From positions 9,718 to 73,717 of the forward strand of contig CAZSUJ010000005.1 in NCBI GenBank assembly GCA_964609925.1: 64,000 nt of DNA, given 5' to 3'. The notes under the pieces were generated by a model. It searched no databases, was not told the origin of the DNA, and saw nothing but the letters and a program-made list of their open reading frames with translations. Source of the DNA: an uncultured Chthoniobacter sp. Its GTDB lineage: Bacteria > Verrucomicrobiota > Verrucomicrobiia > Chthoniobacterales > JACTMZ01. Below, piece by piece: positions 50,304-59,500 of the stretch (the first letter of the stretch is position 1; each line of letters begins with the position of its first letter). The translations under genes were made by a program, and so were the position numbers.

Positions 50304-50409
50304 GCCGTGGCCGGAACCTCGAGGCTCGGTGCGGCGGTCGGAGACGACGACCCTCCAGAGTTCGCTCTGCTTGAGGGCGAGCGGCGCGGCGCTCACGCGC
50401 AACCGCCCA

Positions 50410-50436
50410 TTGACACAGCGCACGCAAAAGCGCACG
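50410..50436 (+). promoter_or_regulatory. consensus -35 TTGACA followed by two AGCGCACG direct repeats in 12-nt register; candidate promoter/operator of yefM-yoeB
   Basis: TTGACA at 50410-50415. AGCGCACG at 50417-50424 and 50429-50436. The ATG is at 50445, only 29 nt after the -35, so the transcript would be leaderless or nearly so. No good -10 was seen. Confidence 0.4.
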
Positions 50437-50444
50437 TTTCCAGC

Positions 50445-50687
50445 ATGCAAACGGTCACCGCCACGACAGCCCGGTCGATGATTTACAAGCTGATGGATGA
50501 TGCGGCGGAGTCACATGAACCGATCCAGATCACGGGCAAGCGCGCCAATGCCGTGCTGGTAGCCGAGGAAGATTGGCGGTCCATTCAGGAGAGCCTGTAT
50601 TTGGTGTCGATTCCCGGCATGAGGGAGTCGATACGTGAAGGGCTGGCCACTCCGGTGGCCGCGTGTGCCAAGAAACTCGTTTGGTGA
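50445..50687 (+). CDS. yefM: YefM/Phd-family antitoxin
   Basis: MQTVTATTARSMIYKLMDDAAESHEPIQITGKRANAVLVAEEDWRSIQESLYL, a typical YefM. Confidence 0.8.
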   Translation: MQTVTATTARSMIYKLMDDAAESHEPIQITGKRANAVLVAEEDWRSIQESLYLVSIPGMRESIREGLATPVAACAKKLVW

Positions 50688-50947
50688 AATACCTCCTGGT
50701 CTTCACCAAGCAAGCGCAGAAGGACGCCAAAAAGCTGGCCAGCGCCGGTCTCAAGCCGAAGGCGCAGCTTCTGTTGGACGTTCTGGCCGTCGATCCCTTC
50801 CAGAACCCTCCTCCTTACGAAAAGTTGGTGGGGGATCTCGCTGGTGCGTATTCGCGGAGGATCAACATCCAGCACCGGCTGGTTTACCAGGTGCTCAAGA
50901 AGGAACGCGTGGTGAAGGTTCTGCGCCTTTGGACCCACTACGAGTAG
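50684..50947 (+). CDS. yoeB: Txe/YoeB-family toxin
   Basis: The GTG start overlaps the yefM stop (GTGA at 50684-50687). C-terminus YSRRINIQHRLVYQVLKKERVVKVLRLWTHYE is the YoeB signature. Confidence 0.8.
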   Translation: MKYLLVFTKQAQKDAKKLASAGLKPKAQLLLDVLAVDPFQNPPPYEKLVGDLAGAYSRRINIQHRLVYQVLKKERVVKVLRLWTHYE

Positions 50948-51062
50948 GAGAGGCAGGCCGAGATTTCAGGGCCAGCGACTTCATTGGCAACTGGCTGTCC
51001 AGCCAGCTAGAGAGACCGGCGGCAGGGAGCAATCTGACTCCGATCATCGCGCCTGCAGGCGC

Positions 51063-52784
51063 TCAGGCGAGGTCTTCGCGCAGGGTGAAGACCTCGACCG
51101 CCTCGGTCTTGCCGCGGACGGTCACGCGGCCGAGCGGACGGAGCCAGTCGGCGTGGCCGCAATCTTCGGCCGTGGGGCCGGCGATGACGCAGTCCACCTT
51201 GAACGTCTTGGTCTCGTCCTGCAGGCGCGCGGCGAGATTCACCGTGTCGCCGATGACGGTGTAGTTGTGGCGGGCGGCGGAGCCCATGTTGCCGGCGACC
51301 ACGCGGCCGGTGGCGAGGCCCATGCCGGTGTCGAGCCTCGGGAGGCCGGCGGCGGTGCGGGCCGCGTTGTAGGCCCCGAGGACGCGTCGCACATCGCGGG
51401 CGCAAGCCACGGCGCGGCGGGCGTGGTCGGGGGTCTCGACCGGGGCGCCGAAGACGGCCATGACCGCGTCGCCGATGTATTTGTCCACGATGCCGCCGTG
51501 GGCCTCGATGACGCGGGTCAATTGGGTGAAATAGTCGTTGAGCGTCGCCAGGAGGGCGGCGGGATCGGCGGCCTCGCTCAGCCCGGTGAATCCGCGCACA
51601 TCGGTGAACATGATGGTCACGGGCTTCTCCTCGCCGCCCAGAGCGTCCGGCCGGCGGAGGAGCTCGGCCGCGACCTCCGGGGAAACATTGCGGCCGAGGA
51701 GATCGCGGACCTTGTCACGTTCCACGAGGCCGCGGGCCATGTCGTTGAAGGACACGGCGAGCTGGCCGAGTTCGTCGCGCGAGCGGACGGGGACGGGTTC
51801 ATCGTAAACTCCCTCCCCGATGCGCCGGGCGCCGGCGGACAAATCCTGCACCGGTCGGCTGATGCCGCGGGCCAGCCAGACAGCGACGATGCCGGAGAGC
51901 AGGAGCGCGAGAAGGGTGAGCCATGTGAGATTGGCCTCGAGGCGGCGGAAGGGGGCGAGTTCGCGCGAGAGCGGGCGCTGGAGCAACGCCTGTGCGCGGC
52001 CGTCGCCGGGCAGCGCCCGCAGGGTGCCGATCCATGTCTCGCCGTCCACCTGGCAATCGAAGAGGGAACCGTTGGCGGGGCCAGTGGCTGCGGGGAGCGC
52101 TGCGCCCATGGCTGCGCGCACGGACGGAGGAAGACTGGACGCGACGACGACGGGGCCCGTTCCGCCTTGGCGAAGGAAACTCACCTCGACGCCCGTGAGG
52201 TCACGGAAGTCGGTGGCGAAACGGTCGTCCGCCGGAAATCCGGCGACGATCCAGCCGAGCGGTTCGGGCAGGAGGAGCGGCACGGCGACCAGCAGCGCGA
52301 GGGAGCCGTCCGCCGCGCCCTCGAAACGGATCGCGCGCAGATCGTCCGACTGCTCGGCCTCGGCCACGAGCGCGGGGAAGTCGTAGGGCGGGAGTCCTTC
52401 GAGGGATGGACGGGAGGTGTCAGCCTGGAGTTCGGCGTCGAGGGAGACGAGTTGGAGGAACGCGGCGTCGCGCATGCGCAGGCGGTAGTTCTCGAGTCCG
52501 GAAACCAGCGTGCGGCGCTGGAGCGGGTCGGCGAAGTCTTCCGTCTCGCCGTAGAGGCGGCGGAAGGCCCAGTCGTCCGACATGAGCCGCGCCCCGAGCG
52601 CGAGCTTGTCGAGCCGGAGGCGGAAGACGCGCTCGAACACCTGCGCGGCGGCCCGGAGGTCCTCATCAATGGCGCGGCGGGCGTTCTCGAGGTTGGCGCG
52701 GCGGACGAGGAGGAGGTTCAACCCCAGCACGGCGGCGAGGAGCAGCACGAAGGAGACGAGGAGGCGGTCGCGGAAACGGGTCAT
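51063..52784 (-). CDS. membrane adenylate/guanylate cyclase (periplasmic sensor domain - HAMP - class III cyclase)
   Basis: TM1, a periplasmic region of about 280 aa, TM2, HAMP (ISRPVQDLSAGARRIGEG...ELGQLAVSFNDMA), then cyclase VTIMFTDVRGFT, KYIGDAVMAVFG and YTVIGDTVNLAARL. Confidence 0.9.
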   Translation of the reverse strand: MTRFRDRLLVSFVLLLAAVLGLNLLLVRRANLENARRAIDEDLRAAAQVFERVFRLRLDKLALGARLMSDDWAFRRLYGETEDFADPLQRRTLVSGLENYRLRMRDAAFLQLVSLDAELQADTSRPSLEGLPPYDFPALVAEAEQSDDLRAIRFEGAADGSLALLVAVPLLLPEPLGWIVAGFPADDRFATDFRDLTGVEVSFLRQGGTGPVVVASSLPPSVRAAMGAALPAATGPANGSLFDCQVDGETWIGTLRALPGDGRAQALLQRPLSRELAPFRRLEANLTWLTLLALLLSGIVAVWLARGISRPVQDLSAGARRIGEGVYDEPVPVRSRDELGQLAVSFNDMARGLVERDKVRDLLGRNVSPEVAAELLRRPDALGGEEKPVTIMFTDVRGFTGLSEAADPAALLATLNDYFTQLTRVIEAHGGIVDKYIGDAVMAVFGAPVETPDHARRAVACARDVRRVLGAYNAARTAAGLPRLDTGMGLATGRVVAGNMGSAARHNYTVIGDTVNLAARLQDETKTFKVDCVIAGPTAEDCGHADWLRPLGRVTVRGKTEAVEVFTLREDLA

Positions 52785-52789
52785 GCCAC

Positions 52790-53455
52790 TCAGCGGTAGG
52801 GACCAGCGTCACCGCCGGCGGAGGGCGCCTGGCGACGACGAAAATCCGGACGCAGCCGCAACGCGACGGGCGGGACGGTCTGTCCGGCCACCGCCTCGAG
52901 GCGGACCGGGGCGCCGCGCAGGCGCGGATGCCAGACTTCGATCGTCCCCTTGCCCGCGGGAAGGCCGCGCAAGGCGACCCGACCGTCATCACGGCTGACC
53001 GCGGTGAAAGGCGTGGCCGTGACGAAGACGTAGGCGACCATCCAGTCGTGGATGTTGCAGCCGAGCGTCACGATTCCCGGGCGATCGAAGAAGACGTCAG
53101 CCGGGGCCTCGCCGCTGTAGAGCGGGATGTCGAACTTCTTGGCCTCGGAGAACGAATACACGTGGTGCGCGACCTCGTCGCGGTTGGGGAACTTCACGTG
53201 GCTGCCGACCGGAACGATGGTGAGTTCGGGCTCGAAGCGCCGGTCCACCTGCACGATCTCCACGACCTTGGGAGCGACGCGCGGGGCACCGGCTTCCGGA
53301 GTGAAGGTGACAACCGCCCCGGCCACCGGGCGTCCCTTCTCGTCGGTCACGGTCACGTCCGCCTCGGCCGCGCCGGCCCGTGCCACGACGAGCAGAAGCA
53401 GGGCGAAGCCGAGGCTAAAATGCGGCTTTGGCAGCCAGTTGGACGAGGAAGGCAT
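52790..53455 (-). CDS. periplasmic cupredoxin-like protein (family often annotated 'methylamine utilization protein')
   Basis: ATG at 53453-55. Signal peptide ...FALLLLVVARAGAAEA. Type-1 copper-like ligand set: His in EVAHHVYSF and C-x2-H-x2-M in LGCNIHDWM (amicyanin-type spacing). Its stop is 5 nt before the cyclase start. Confidence 0.6.
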   Translation of the reverse strand: MPSSSNWLPKPHFSLGFALLLLVVARAGAAEADVTVTDEKGRPVAGAVVTFTPEAGAPRVAPKVVEIVQVDRRFEPELTIVPVGSHVKFPNRDEVAHHVYSFSEAKKFDIPLYSGEAPADVFFDRPGIVTLGCNIHDWMVAYVFVTATPFTAVSRDDGRVALRGLPAGKGTIEVWHPRLRGAPVRLEAVAGQTVPPVALRLRPDFRRRQAPSAGGDAGPYR

Positions 53456-54302
53456 GGTAGGTGATCGCGCTGCGCGAGGTGTGCTGGAATTCGCCGGTGA
53501 GTTCGAGAGAAATGTCGGGCGTGAGCGCGAAGGCCGCCCCGGCCGCGAATGCCTGCGTGAGCGCATCGAGGCGGTAGGCGGTGAGCGGACGGCCGAAAAT
53601 CGTGTTGCCCGGCTCAACGACCGACGAGACGGAAACAATGTCCGGCCGCGGCGGCGTGGCGAACGAGACGACATCACCGTAACGCACGCGGTAGCCGCCG
53701 GAGAACGACCAACGGCCCTCCGGTGCCCACCGCAGGGTGAGTCCGCCTTCGTTGCCCTGTCCGCTGAAGAGCGCGGATTCCGCGAAGCGCGCATCGAAGC
53801 GGTAGAGCGCCTCCAGGGACCACGCTTCGGCGAGGGGCTGCGTCCACCGCGCCGACGGCACCAGGAACCATTTGCTCATCTGCGGATCCTGGAAGAAATC
53901 GCGCTCGAACGAAACCGCGAGCGCGAGCTTGGGGGCCGACGAACCGAGGCCGAACTTGCGCGTGACGTTCAGGTCGGCCCCGGTCCGGGCCATGGTGAAG
54001 GCGGAATACTCGAACGGGATCTCCGTCCCGGCGAACAACCGCGCGGCGATCCGCCAGTCGCGTTCGACGACGGCGCTCCACGTCGCACCGCCGCCCGCGT
54101 TCCAGAAAAAGTCGTCCTCGATGTCGCCCGCCCGCTGGGCGTTGGACAGGTTGCTATTGTAGAGGAAGCCGGTGGAGGCGTCGAAGGCCGGTCCCTCAAC
54201 GCGCGGGGCCGCGCTCGCAGGCGAAAACGCCACGATGGCCAGGAGGGAAAGCAGGCGGCAACGCACGGGCCGGAGGCTGTGGAATCTGCGGGGCGGTGTC
54301 AA
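53415..54302 (-). CDS. outer-membrane beta-barrel protein (295 aa)
   Basis: Signal peptide ...LLSLLAIVAFSPASAAP. Alternating beta pattern and a terminal ...LAAKAAF (C-terminal Phe). It overlaps the next gene by 41 nt. Confidence 0.6.
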   Translation of the reverse strand: MTPPRRFHSLRPVRCRLLSLLAIVAFSPASAAPRVEGPAFDASTGFLYNSNLSNAQRAGDIEDDFFWNAGGGATWSAVVERDWRIAARLFAGTEIPFEYSAFTMARTGADLNVTRKFGLGSSAPKLALAVSFERDFFQDPQMSKWFLVPSARWTQPLAEAWSLEALYRFDARFAESALFSGQGNEGGLTLRWAPEGRWSFSGGYRVRYGDVVSFATPPRPDIVSVSSVVEPGNTIFGRPLTAYRLDALTQAFAAGAAFALTPDISLELTGEFQHTSRSAITYHAFLVQLAAKAAF

Positions 54303-54317
54303 CGCGCCGCACCGCGG

Positions 54318-55658
54318 TCATTCATCGCATCCGCCGGGGTAACTCGACGGAACGGCGAATCGGCGGTCGAACTCGGCGAGGTGCCCGGCCACGCCGGTCT
54401 CCTGCAGGCGGCTCGCGGCCCAGAGCGCGATGAGGGAGAGCGGCAGCAGCGCGCCGAAGTAGGCCGAGTAGCGGTTGAGGATGAAGAGCGGCCATGCCAC
54501 CTCCAAGGTGCCGATGGTGTCCAGCACCGCGCCCCACGCGACCGGCGCGCCGCCGAGGCCAAGGCTGGTCACGACCGTGAAGAGGGCGAAAAAATGGTTG
54601 CTGCCCATCTGCGGGACGCTGGCCATGACCTTGCGCGTGTTGGCCAGCCCGAACATCGCGCCACCGAAGCCGCCGAGGAGGTTGAGCCCTCCGACCAGCG
54701 CCGGCCACGCCGGGATCAAACCGCCGGCCATGGCCCACCAACCGGTGATGACCACGGCCACGAGCCCGAGCGAACGCTGGAGCCACAGCTTGCTGCCGGT
54801 CGCGTCGATCAACGGACCGGCCAGTGCCAACCCGGCCAAGGCGCCGAAGAAGGCGAGCGCGCTCAGCAGCAGGATCGTGCCCTCGTGAAAGCCCTCGTGC
54901 GCCACGAGGAACTCCACGGTGAAAACACCCAGGCCGCCCGCCACGAGCATGTAGATCAAGTTGAAACCGAGCAGCCGTGCGAAGGGCGGGAACCGAAGCA
55001 TCGCGCGCCACGGCACCCGCACGGCCGAACGCCGCATCGCCTCGGGCGAACTCGTGTCCGGCACGCGCCGGATGAACCAGAGACTGGCCAGCGCGCCGAC
55101 CGCGCCGACTCCGAAGACGGCCGCGTATTCCCAAGGGTCCACCTTGCCCGCCATGACCCACGCCGAGACAACGAGGGCGACGAGGCAGCCGGAGTTCATG
55201 AACGCCTGGTCGCGCGAGATGAAGCGCCCCCGCATGTCGGGCGGAACGAGCGCGGTCAGCCACGGCAGCCAGGCTCCGGAGGCGAAGCCGCGGAGGATGT
55301 TGAAACCGAGGAGCGCCCCGACGAGCAACCAGAGCCGGGCCGCATCGGACAGCCCCGGCACAAGCGGCAGCAGGGCGATGGAGATGGTGAAGACGGTGCG
55401 CGTCCCCCACCCCGCAAGGATGAACCGCCGGTAGCCGAAGCGGTGCAGGAAACGCGCGGCCGGGAGCTGGAGAATGGCCAGCAGAGGCGTGAGCGCGGCT
55501 ATGACGCCGAGAACGACGGACGAGGCGCCGAGCGACTTCGCGTAGAGGATTACGGGCGCGCCGAGGATGATCGTGAACGAGACCGCGTTGAAGAACGCGA
55601 AACCGTTGACGTGGTAGGCGCCCGGCGGCAGCGCGGATCCGGATGACGGCGAGGACAC
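54318..55658 (-). CDS. MFS transporter
   Basis: 12 predicted TM helices and the loop motif GWGTRTVF / RFGYRRF. The track's start (55724) would overlap lysS by 53 nt, so I prefer the GTG at 55656-55658. The start remains uncertain. Confidence 0.75.
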   Translation of the reverse strand: MSSPSSGSALPPGAYHVNGFAFFNAVSFTIILGAPVILYAKSLGASSVVLGVIAALTPLLAILQLPAARFLHRFGYRRFILAGWGTRTVFTISIALLPLVPGLSDAARLWLLVGALLGFNILRGFASGAWLPWLTALVPPDMRGRFISRDQAFMNSGCLVALVVSAWVMAGKVDPWEYAAVFGVGAVGALASLWFIRRVPDTSSPEAMRRSAVRVPWRAMLRFPPFARLLGFNLIYMLVAGGLGVFTVEFLVAHEGFHEGTILLLSALAFFGALAGLALAGPLIDATGSKLWLQRSLGLVAVVITGWWAMAGGLIPAWPALVGGLNLLGGFGGAMFGLANTRKVMASVPQMGSNHFFALFTVVTSLGLGGAPVAWGAVLDTIGTLEVAWPLFILNRYSAYFGALLPLSLIALWAASRLQETGVAGHLAEFDRRFAVPSSYPGGCDE

Positions 55659-55671
55659 GGGGACGCCGCCC

Positions 55672-57117
55672 TCAGCGCGGCTTGAGGTGCGGGAAGAGGA
55701 TGACCTCGCGGATCGACTCCGCACCGGTCAGCAGCATGATCAGCCGGTCGATGCCCATGCCCATGCCGCCAGCCGGGGGCATGCCGTGCTCGAGGGCGAG
55801 GAGAAATTCCTCGTCGATCTTGTGCTGCTCGCCGCCCGACTGCTCGAGCAGGCGCTGACGTTGCACGACCGGGTCGTTGAGCTCCGAGTAGCCCGGCGCA
55901 ATCTCCTGCCCGTTGATGATCAGCTCGAAAACATCGAGCGCGGAAGGATCCTCGGGGTTCGTCTTGGCCAGCGGAATGAGTTCCGACGGGCAGTGCGTGA
56001 CGAAGACCGGATCGATGTTGCGCTCCTCGACGAGTTTCTCGAAGACGTGCTGGGTCACCTCGTAGTCCTCCTGGCAGTGCGAGATGTCGAGGCCGAGTTC
56101 GATGGCGCGGGCGCGGCGCCCGGCGGTATCGCGAGCGAACCAGCCCGGCTCGACTCCCTCGACCAGGTCGCGGTAGCGGGCGCGGCGCCAAGGCCGGGCG
56201 AGGTTGATCACGCGCGTGACGTTGCCCTCGGCATCCTTGTGCTCGATGCGCAGGCCGCCGCAGACCTTCTCGGCCACGCGGCACACGAGTTCCTCCACCA
56301 ACTCGGCCATCATCACGAAGTCGGCGCAGGCCCAGTAGGCCTCGAGCATGGTGAACTCCGGGTTGTGCCGGCGCGAGATGCCCTCGTTGCGGAAGTTGCG
56401 GTTGAGTTCGAAGATCTTGGTGAAGCCGCCCACGAGCAGGCGCTTGAGGTAGAGCTCGGGCGCGATGCGAAGGTAGAGATCGAGGCCGAGGGCGTTGTGG
56501 TGGGTGCGGAACGGGTTGGCCGCCGCCCCGCCGGGCACGACCTGCATCATGGGAGTCTCGACCTCGATGAACCCGCGCTCCTCGAAGAAGCGCCGGATCT
56601 CGCGGATGATGGCGAAGCGCTGGCGGAAAACCTCGCGGGAGCGCTCGTTGGTCACGAGGTCGAGGTAACGCTGGCGGTGCCGCGCCTCGACATCCTGCAA
56701 CCCATGCCACTTCTCAGGCAGGGGGTGGAGCGACTTGGCGAGGATGACGAACCGGGAGGCCTTGACCGAGGGCTCCCCCGTCTTGGTGGTGAAGCACTCG
56801 CCCTCGACGCCGATGAAATCGCCGATGTCGAGGAGGTCGTAATCGGCCACGCCCTGTTCGCCCATGGCCTTGTCCTGCAGATAGACCTGCATGCGCCCGC
56901 TGTGGTCGCTCACGTCGAGGAAGTGGCTCTTGCCCATGTCGCGTCGTGCGGTGACGCGGCCGGCGATCGCCACCGGTCGGCCCTCCTCGAAGGCGGCACG
57001 CACGTCGCCCACGTCGCCGCTCACCGGGAATGCGCCTCCATAGGGACGTCGTCCCGCGGCCTCGAGGGCGGCGCGCTTTTCGAGGCGGATGGATGTCAGG
57101 CTGTTGGTCTCACTCAT
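55672..57117 (-). CDS. lysS: lysine--tRNA ligase (class II)
   Basis: OB-fold N-terminus. Class II motifs FIEVETPMMQ, YLRIAPELYLKRLLVGG, FRNEGIS and GMGMGIDRLIMLLTG. ATG at 57115-57117 (an alternative GTG is at 57129). Confidence 0.95.
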   Translation of the reverse strand: MSETNSLTSIRLEKRAALEAAGRRPYGGAFPVSGDVGDVRAAFEEGRPVAIAGRVTARRDMGKSHFLDVSDHSGRMQVYLQDKAMGEQGVADYDLLDIGDFIGVEGECFTTKTGEPSVKASRFVILAKSLHPLPEKWHGLQDVEARHRQRYLDLVTNERSREVFRQRFAIIREIRRFFEERGFIEVETPMMQVVPGGAAANPFRTHHNALGLDLYLRIAPELYLKRLLVGGFTKIFELNRNFRNEGISRRHNPEFTMLEAYWACADFVMMAELVEELVCRVAEKVCGGLRIEHKDAEGNVTRVINLARPWRRARYRDLVEGVEPGWFARDTAGRRARAIELGLDISHCQEDYEVTQHVFEKLVEERNIDPVFVTHCPSELIPLAKTNPEDPSALDVFELIINGQEIAPGYSELNDPVVQRQRLLEQSGGEQHKIDEEFLLALEHGMPPAGGMGMGIDRLIMLLTGAESIREVILFPHLKPR

Positions 57118-57163
57118 CGGAACGACCAAAATGCGGCGGCTCGCGGCCGCGCACCAGACGAAT

Positions 57164-57928
57164 CTACCAAGCCGCCACCCCGGTCCGTCCGTCGCGGTCG
57201 AGGAACTGGCCGCTTTCCTTCTCGGTGATGCGGCCGATGGTCGCGGCGAGACTGCGCGCGGATTCCTCGACGGAGAGCGGCGCCTTCGGCCCGCCCATGT
57301 CCGTGCGGACCCAGCCCGGCGTGACGGCCACGACGGAGATTCCGCGCGGCCGCAACTCCGCGGCCATGGCGCGGGTAAGCATGTTCAGGGCGGCCTTGGA
57401 GGCGCTGTAGCAATACATGGCGGAGTCCTCCTTGCCGGAGACCGAGCCCATGAGCGAGCTGACGTTGACCACGCGTGGATGGCGCGCACGCCCGAGCAGC
57501 GGGAGGAGAAGGCGGGTCACGCGGGCGACGCCGACCACATTGACGGCGAACGCTTCCTCGAAGCAGTCGAGGGCCAGGTCCTCCAACGCCTCGTTGCCCG
57601 CCTCGGGCAGCACCCCAGCGTTGTTCACCAGCACGTCGATGGCGCGGATCCGTCCCTCCGCCTCGGCGGCCGCCGCGCGCACACTGGCGTCGTCGCGGAC
57701 ATCGAGGGTCAGGATTTCGATCGTTCCCGGAGTCGCCTCGCGGGCCGCGGCCTGGAGGGCATGGGCGGACGCAGGGTTCCGGGCCCCGGCGAGCACGAGC
57801 CATCCGCCCGACGCCAGCTCCCGCGCCAAGGCGAGACCCAAGCCGCGGCTGGCGCCGGTGATGAAGACGGTTGGGAAGTCCACGACGCGGGAAACTAGCA
57901 CCGTCGCGGCCACGACACCACGCGACAA
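57164..57928 (-). CDS. SDR-family oxidoreductase
   Basis: TGASRGLG cofactor motif, NNAG, and catalytic YCYSASKAAL (YxxxK). The start may instead be the GTG at 57881-57883. Confidence 0.85.
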   Translation of the reverse strand: MSRGVVAATVLVSRVVDFPTVFITGASRGLGLALARELASGGWLVLAGARNPASAHALQAAAREATPGTIEILTLDVRDDASVRAAAAEAEGRIRAIDVLVNNAGVLPEAGNEALEDLALDCFEEAFAVNVVGVARVTRLLLPLLGRARHPRVVNVSSLMGSVSGKEDSAMYCYSASKAALNMLTRAMAAELRPRGISVVAVTPGWVRTDMGGPKAPLSVEESARSLAATIGRITEKESGQFLDRDGRTGVAAW

Positions 57929-57988
57929 TCATTCCGGTTTTGGGGGCTCCTTGACACCCGGAAGCTCCGCTCTAGCGTATGCTCTTTC

Positions 57989-59500
57989 ATGACGCCCGCA
58001 GGCGAAACCCTTTCCCGAACGCCGCGGCATGCCTGGAAGAGAAACAAGATCTTTCAATTCCTCGCATCGCTGCGGCTTGCCGTGAGCCTTCTCAGTGTGC
58101 TCATCGTGATGAGCATCATCGGCACATTGGCCGAGTCGAAGTTCGATGCCGACACCGCGCGCACGTGGATCTACGAAGCACCGTGGTTCAACCTCTGGCT
58201 CGCCTTCCTCGCGGCCAACCTAATCTGCAGCGCCCTCATGCGCTGGCCGTGGAAGAAGCACCACACCGGCTTCCTTCTCACCCATCTCGGCATCATCATC
58301 GTCCTCATCGGCTCGGTCGTCGGGCAGATCTGGGGCGTCGAAGGCACGATGACCCTCTTCAAGGGCGGCGAACCGGACAACGTCCTCGTCCTGCAGAAGC
58401 GCCAGCTCACCATCCGCGACCCGGATGCCCAGCGGGCCGTGATGATCCGTCTCGCACGCCGTGCGCTCACCGTGCCCGAGGGTGGCACAGTCCCCCTCTG
58501 GACATCGCCCTCCGGATGGACGATCGACGCCATCGCCAGCTCTTCGCGTCTGGCCGCGGATTTCCGCCCCGCCCCCGCCCCCACCGGCGCGCCCGCCGTC
58601 CGCCTCCGTCTGCGCACCGCCGCCATGAACCAGACGGTCGAGCAATGGCTGCTGGCCGGGCACCGCGACCACGGGCGGATCGACCTCGGGCTCATCACGG
58701 TGGACCTCGCCGCGGCCGGCTCGCAGGCGCCATCCTCGGGCGCCGCGAATCACGCGATCGTGCGCGCCGCAGCCGACGGCCAACTTGACGTGGAAATCTT
58801 CACCGGCGGACAGCGGGTCGGCGGCGGCCCGCTCGTGCCCGGGCAACCCGTGGCCACTGGCTGGAACGACTGGACCATCGAGGCGTTGCAAACCCTGCCC
58901 TCGGCCGTCACGGGATTCCACTTCAGCCCGCTGGCCAAGGACGCGCCCCCCCCCCCCGGACAGCCGCTCTACGAGGGCGTGCGCGTGCGCGCCTCGAACG
59001 GCGACCGCTCGGTCGAGGAATGGGTCGCCGCCGGCTGGCGCGTCAGCCTGCCCACCGGCTCGTTCCCGCTCGAAGTGGCCTATGGCTGGGAAACCTACCG
59101 CCTGCCGTTCGGCCTCGTGCTCGAGGACTTCATCGTCGAGCGCAACGAAGGCACCGACGAACCGGCGTCGTTCCGCAGCCATCTCGCCATGGTCCTGCCC
59201 GACGGCACGGTCTCCGCCACCGGCTCGTGCTCGATGAACCAGCCGGCCAATTATCCCGATGCCATCTGGCGCTCGCTGACCGGCCTCACCTACAAGATCT
59301 CGCAAGCCTCCTGGAACCCGAACGACCTCAACCAAAGTTCGGTCCAGATCCTTCGCGATCCGGGTTGGCTCGGCAAATGGGTCGGCTCGCTGATCCTCTG
59401 CTCGGGCCTGGTGACGATGTTCATCTTCCGTCGGCCCGACGCCAAATCGAAGCCTGCAACGAAGCCCGCTCCGGAACCCTCCCTCGCCCACGCCCCATGA
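57989..59500 (+). CDS. resB: cytochrome c biogenesis protein ResB/Ccs1 (system II)
   Basis: FLASLRLAVSLLSVLIVMSIIGTLAES and GFLLTHLGIIIVLIGSVVG, a large periplasmic domain and a C-terminal TM helix. The stop overlaps the ccsA start (ATGA at 59497-59500). Confidence 0.85.
   Translation: MTPAGETLSRTPRHAWKRNKIFQFLASLRLAVSLLSVLIVMSIIGTLAESKFDADTARTWIYEAPWFNLWLAFLAANLICSALMRWPWKKHHTGFLLTHLGIIIVLIGSVVGQIWGVEGTMTLFKGGEPDNVLVLQKRQLTIRDPDAQRAVMIRLARRALTVPEGGTVPLWTSPSGWTIDAIASSSRLAADFRPAPAPTGAPAVRLRLRTAAMNQTVEQWLLAGHRDHGRIDLGLITVDLAAAGSQAPSSGAANHAIVRAAADGQLDVEIFTGGQRVGGGPLVPGQPVATGWNDWTIEALQTLPSAVTGFHFSPLAKDAPPPPGQPLYEGVRVRASNGDRSVEEWVAAGWRVSLPTGSFPLEVAYGWETYRLPFGLVLEDFIVERNEGTDEPASFRSHLAMVLPDGTVSATGSCSMNQPANYPDAIWRSLTGLTYKISQASWNPNDLNQSSVQILRDPGWLGKWVGSLILCSGLVTMFIFRRPDAKSKPATKPAPEPSLAHAP
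58946..58957 (+). repeat. C12 homopolymer inside resB (encodes PPPP)
   Basis: Read directly: gcg ccc ccc ccc ccc gga, in frame with resB. Confidence 0.9.
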
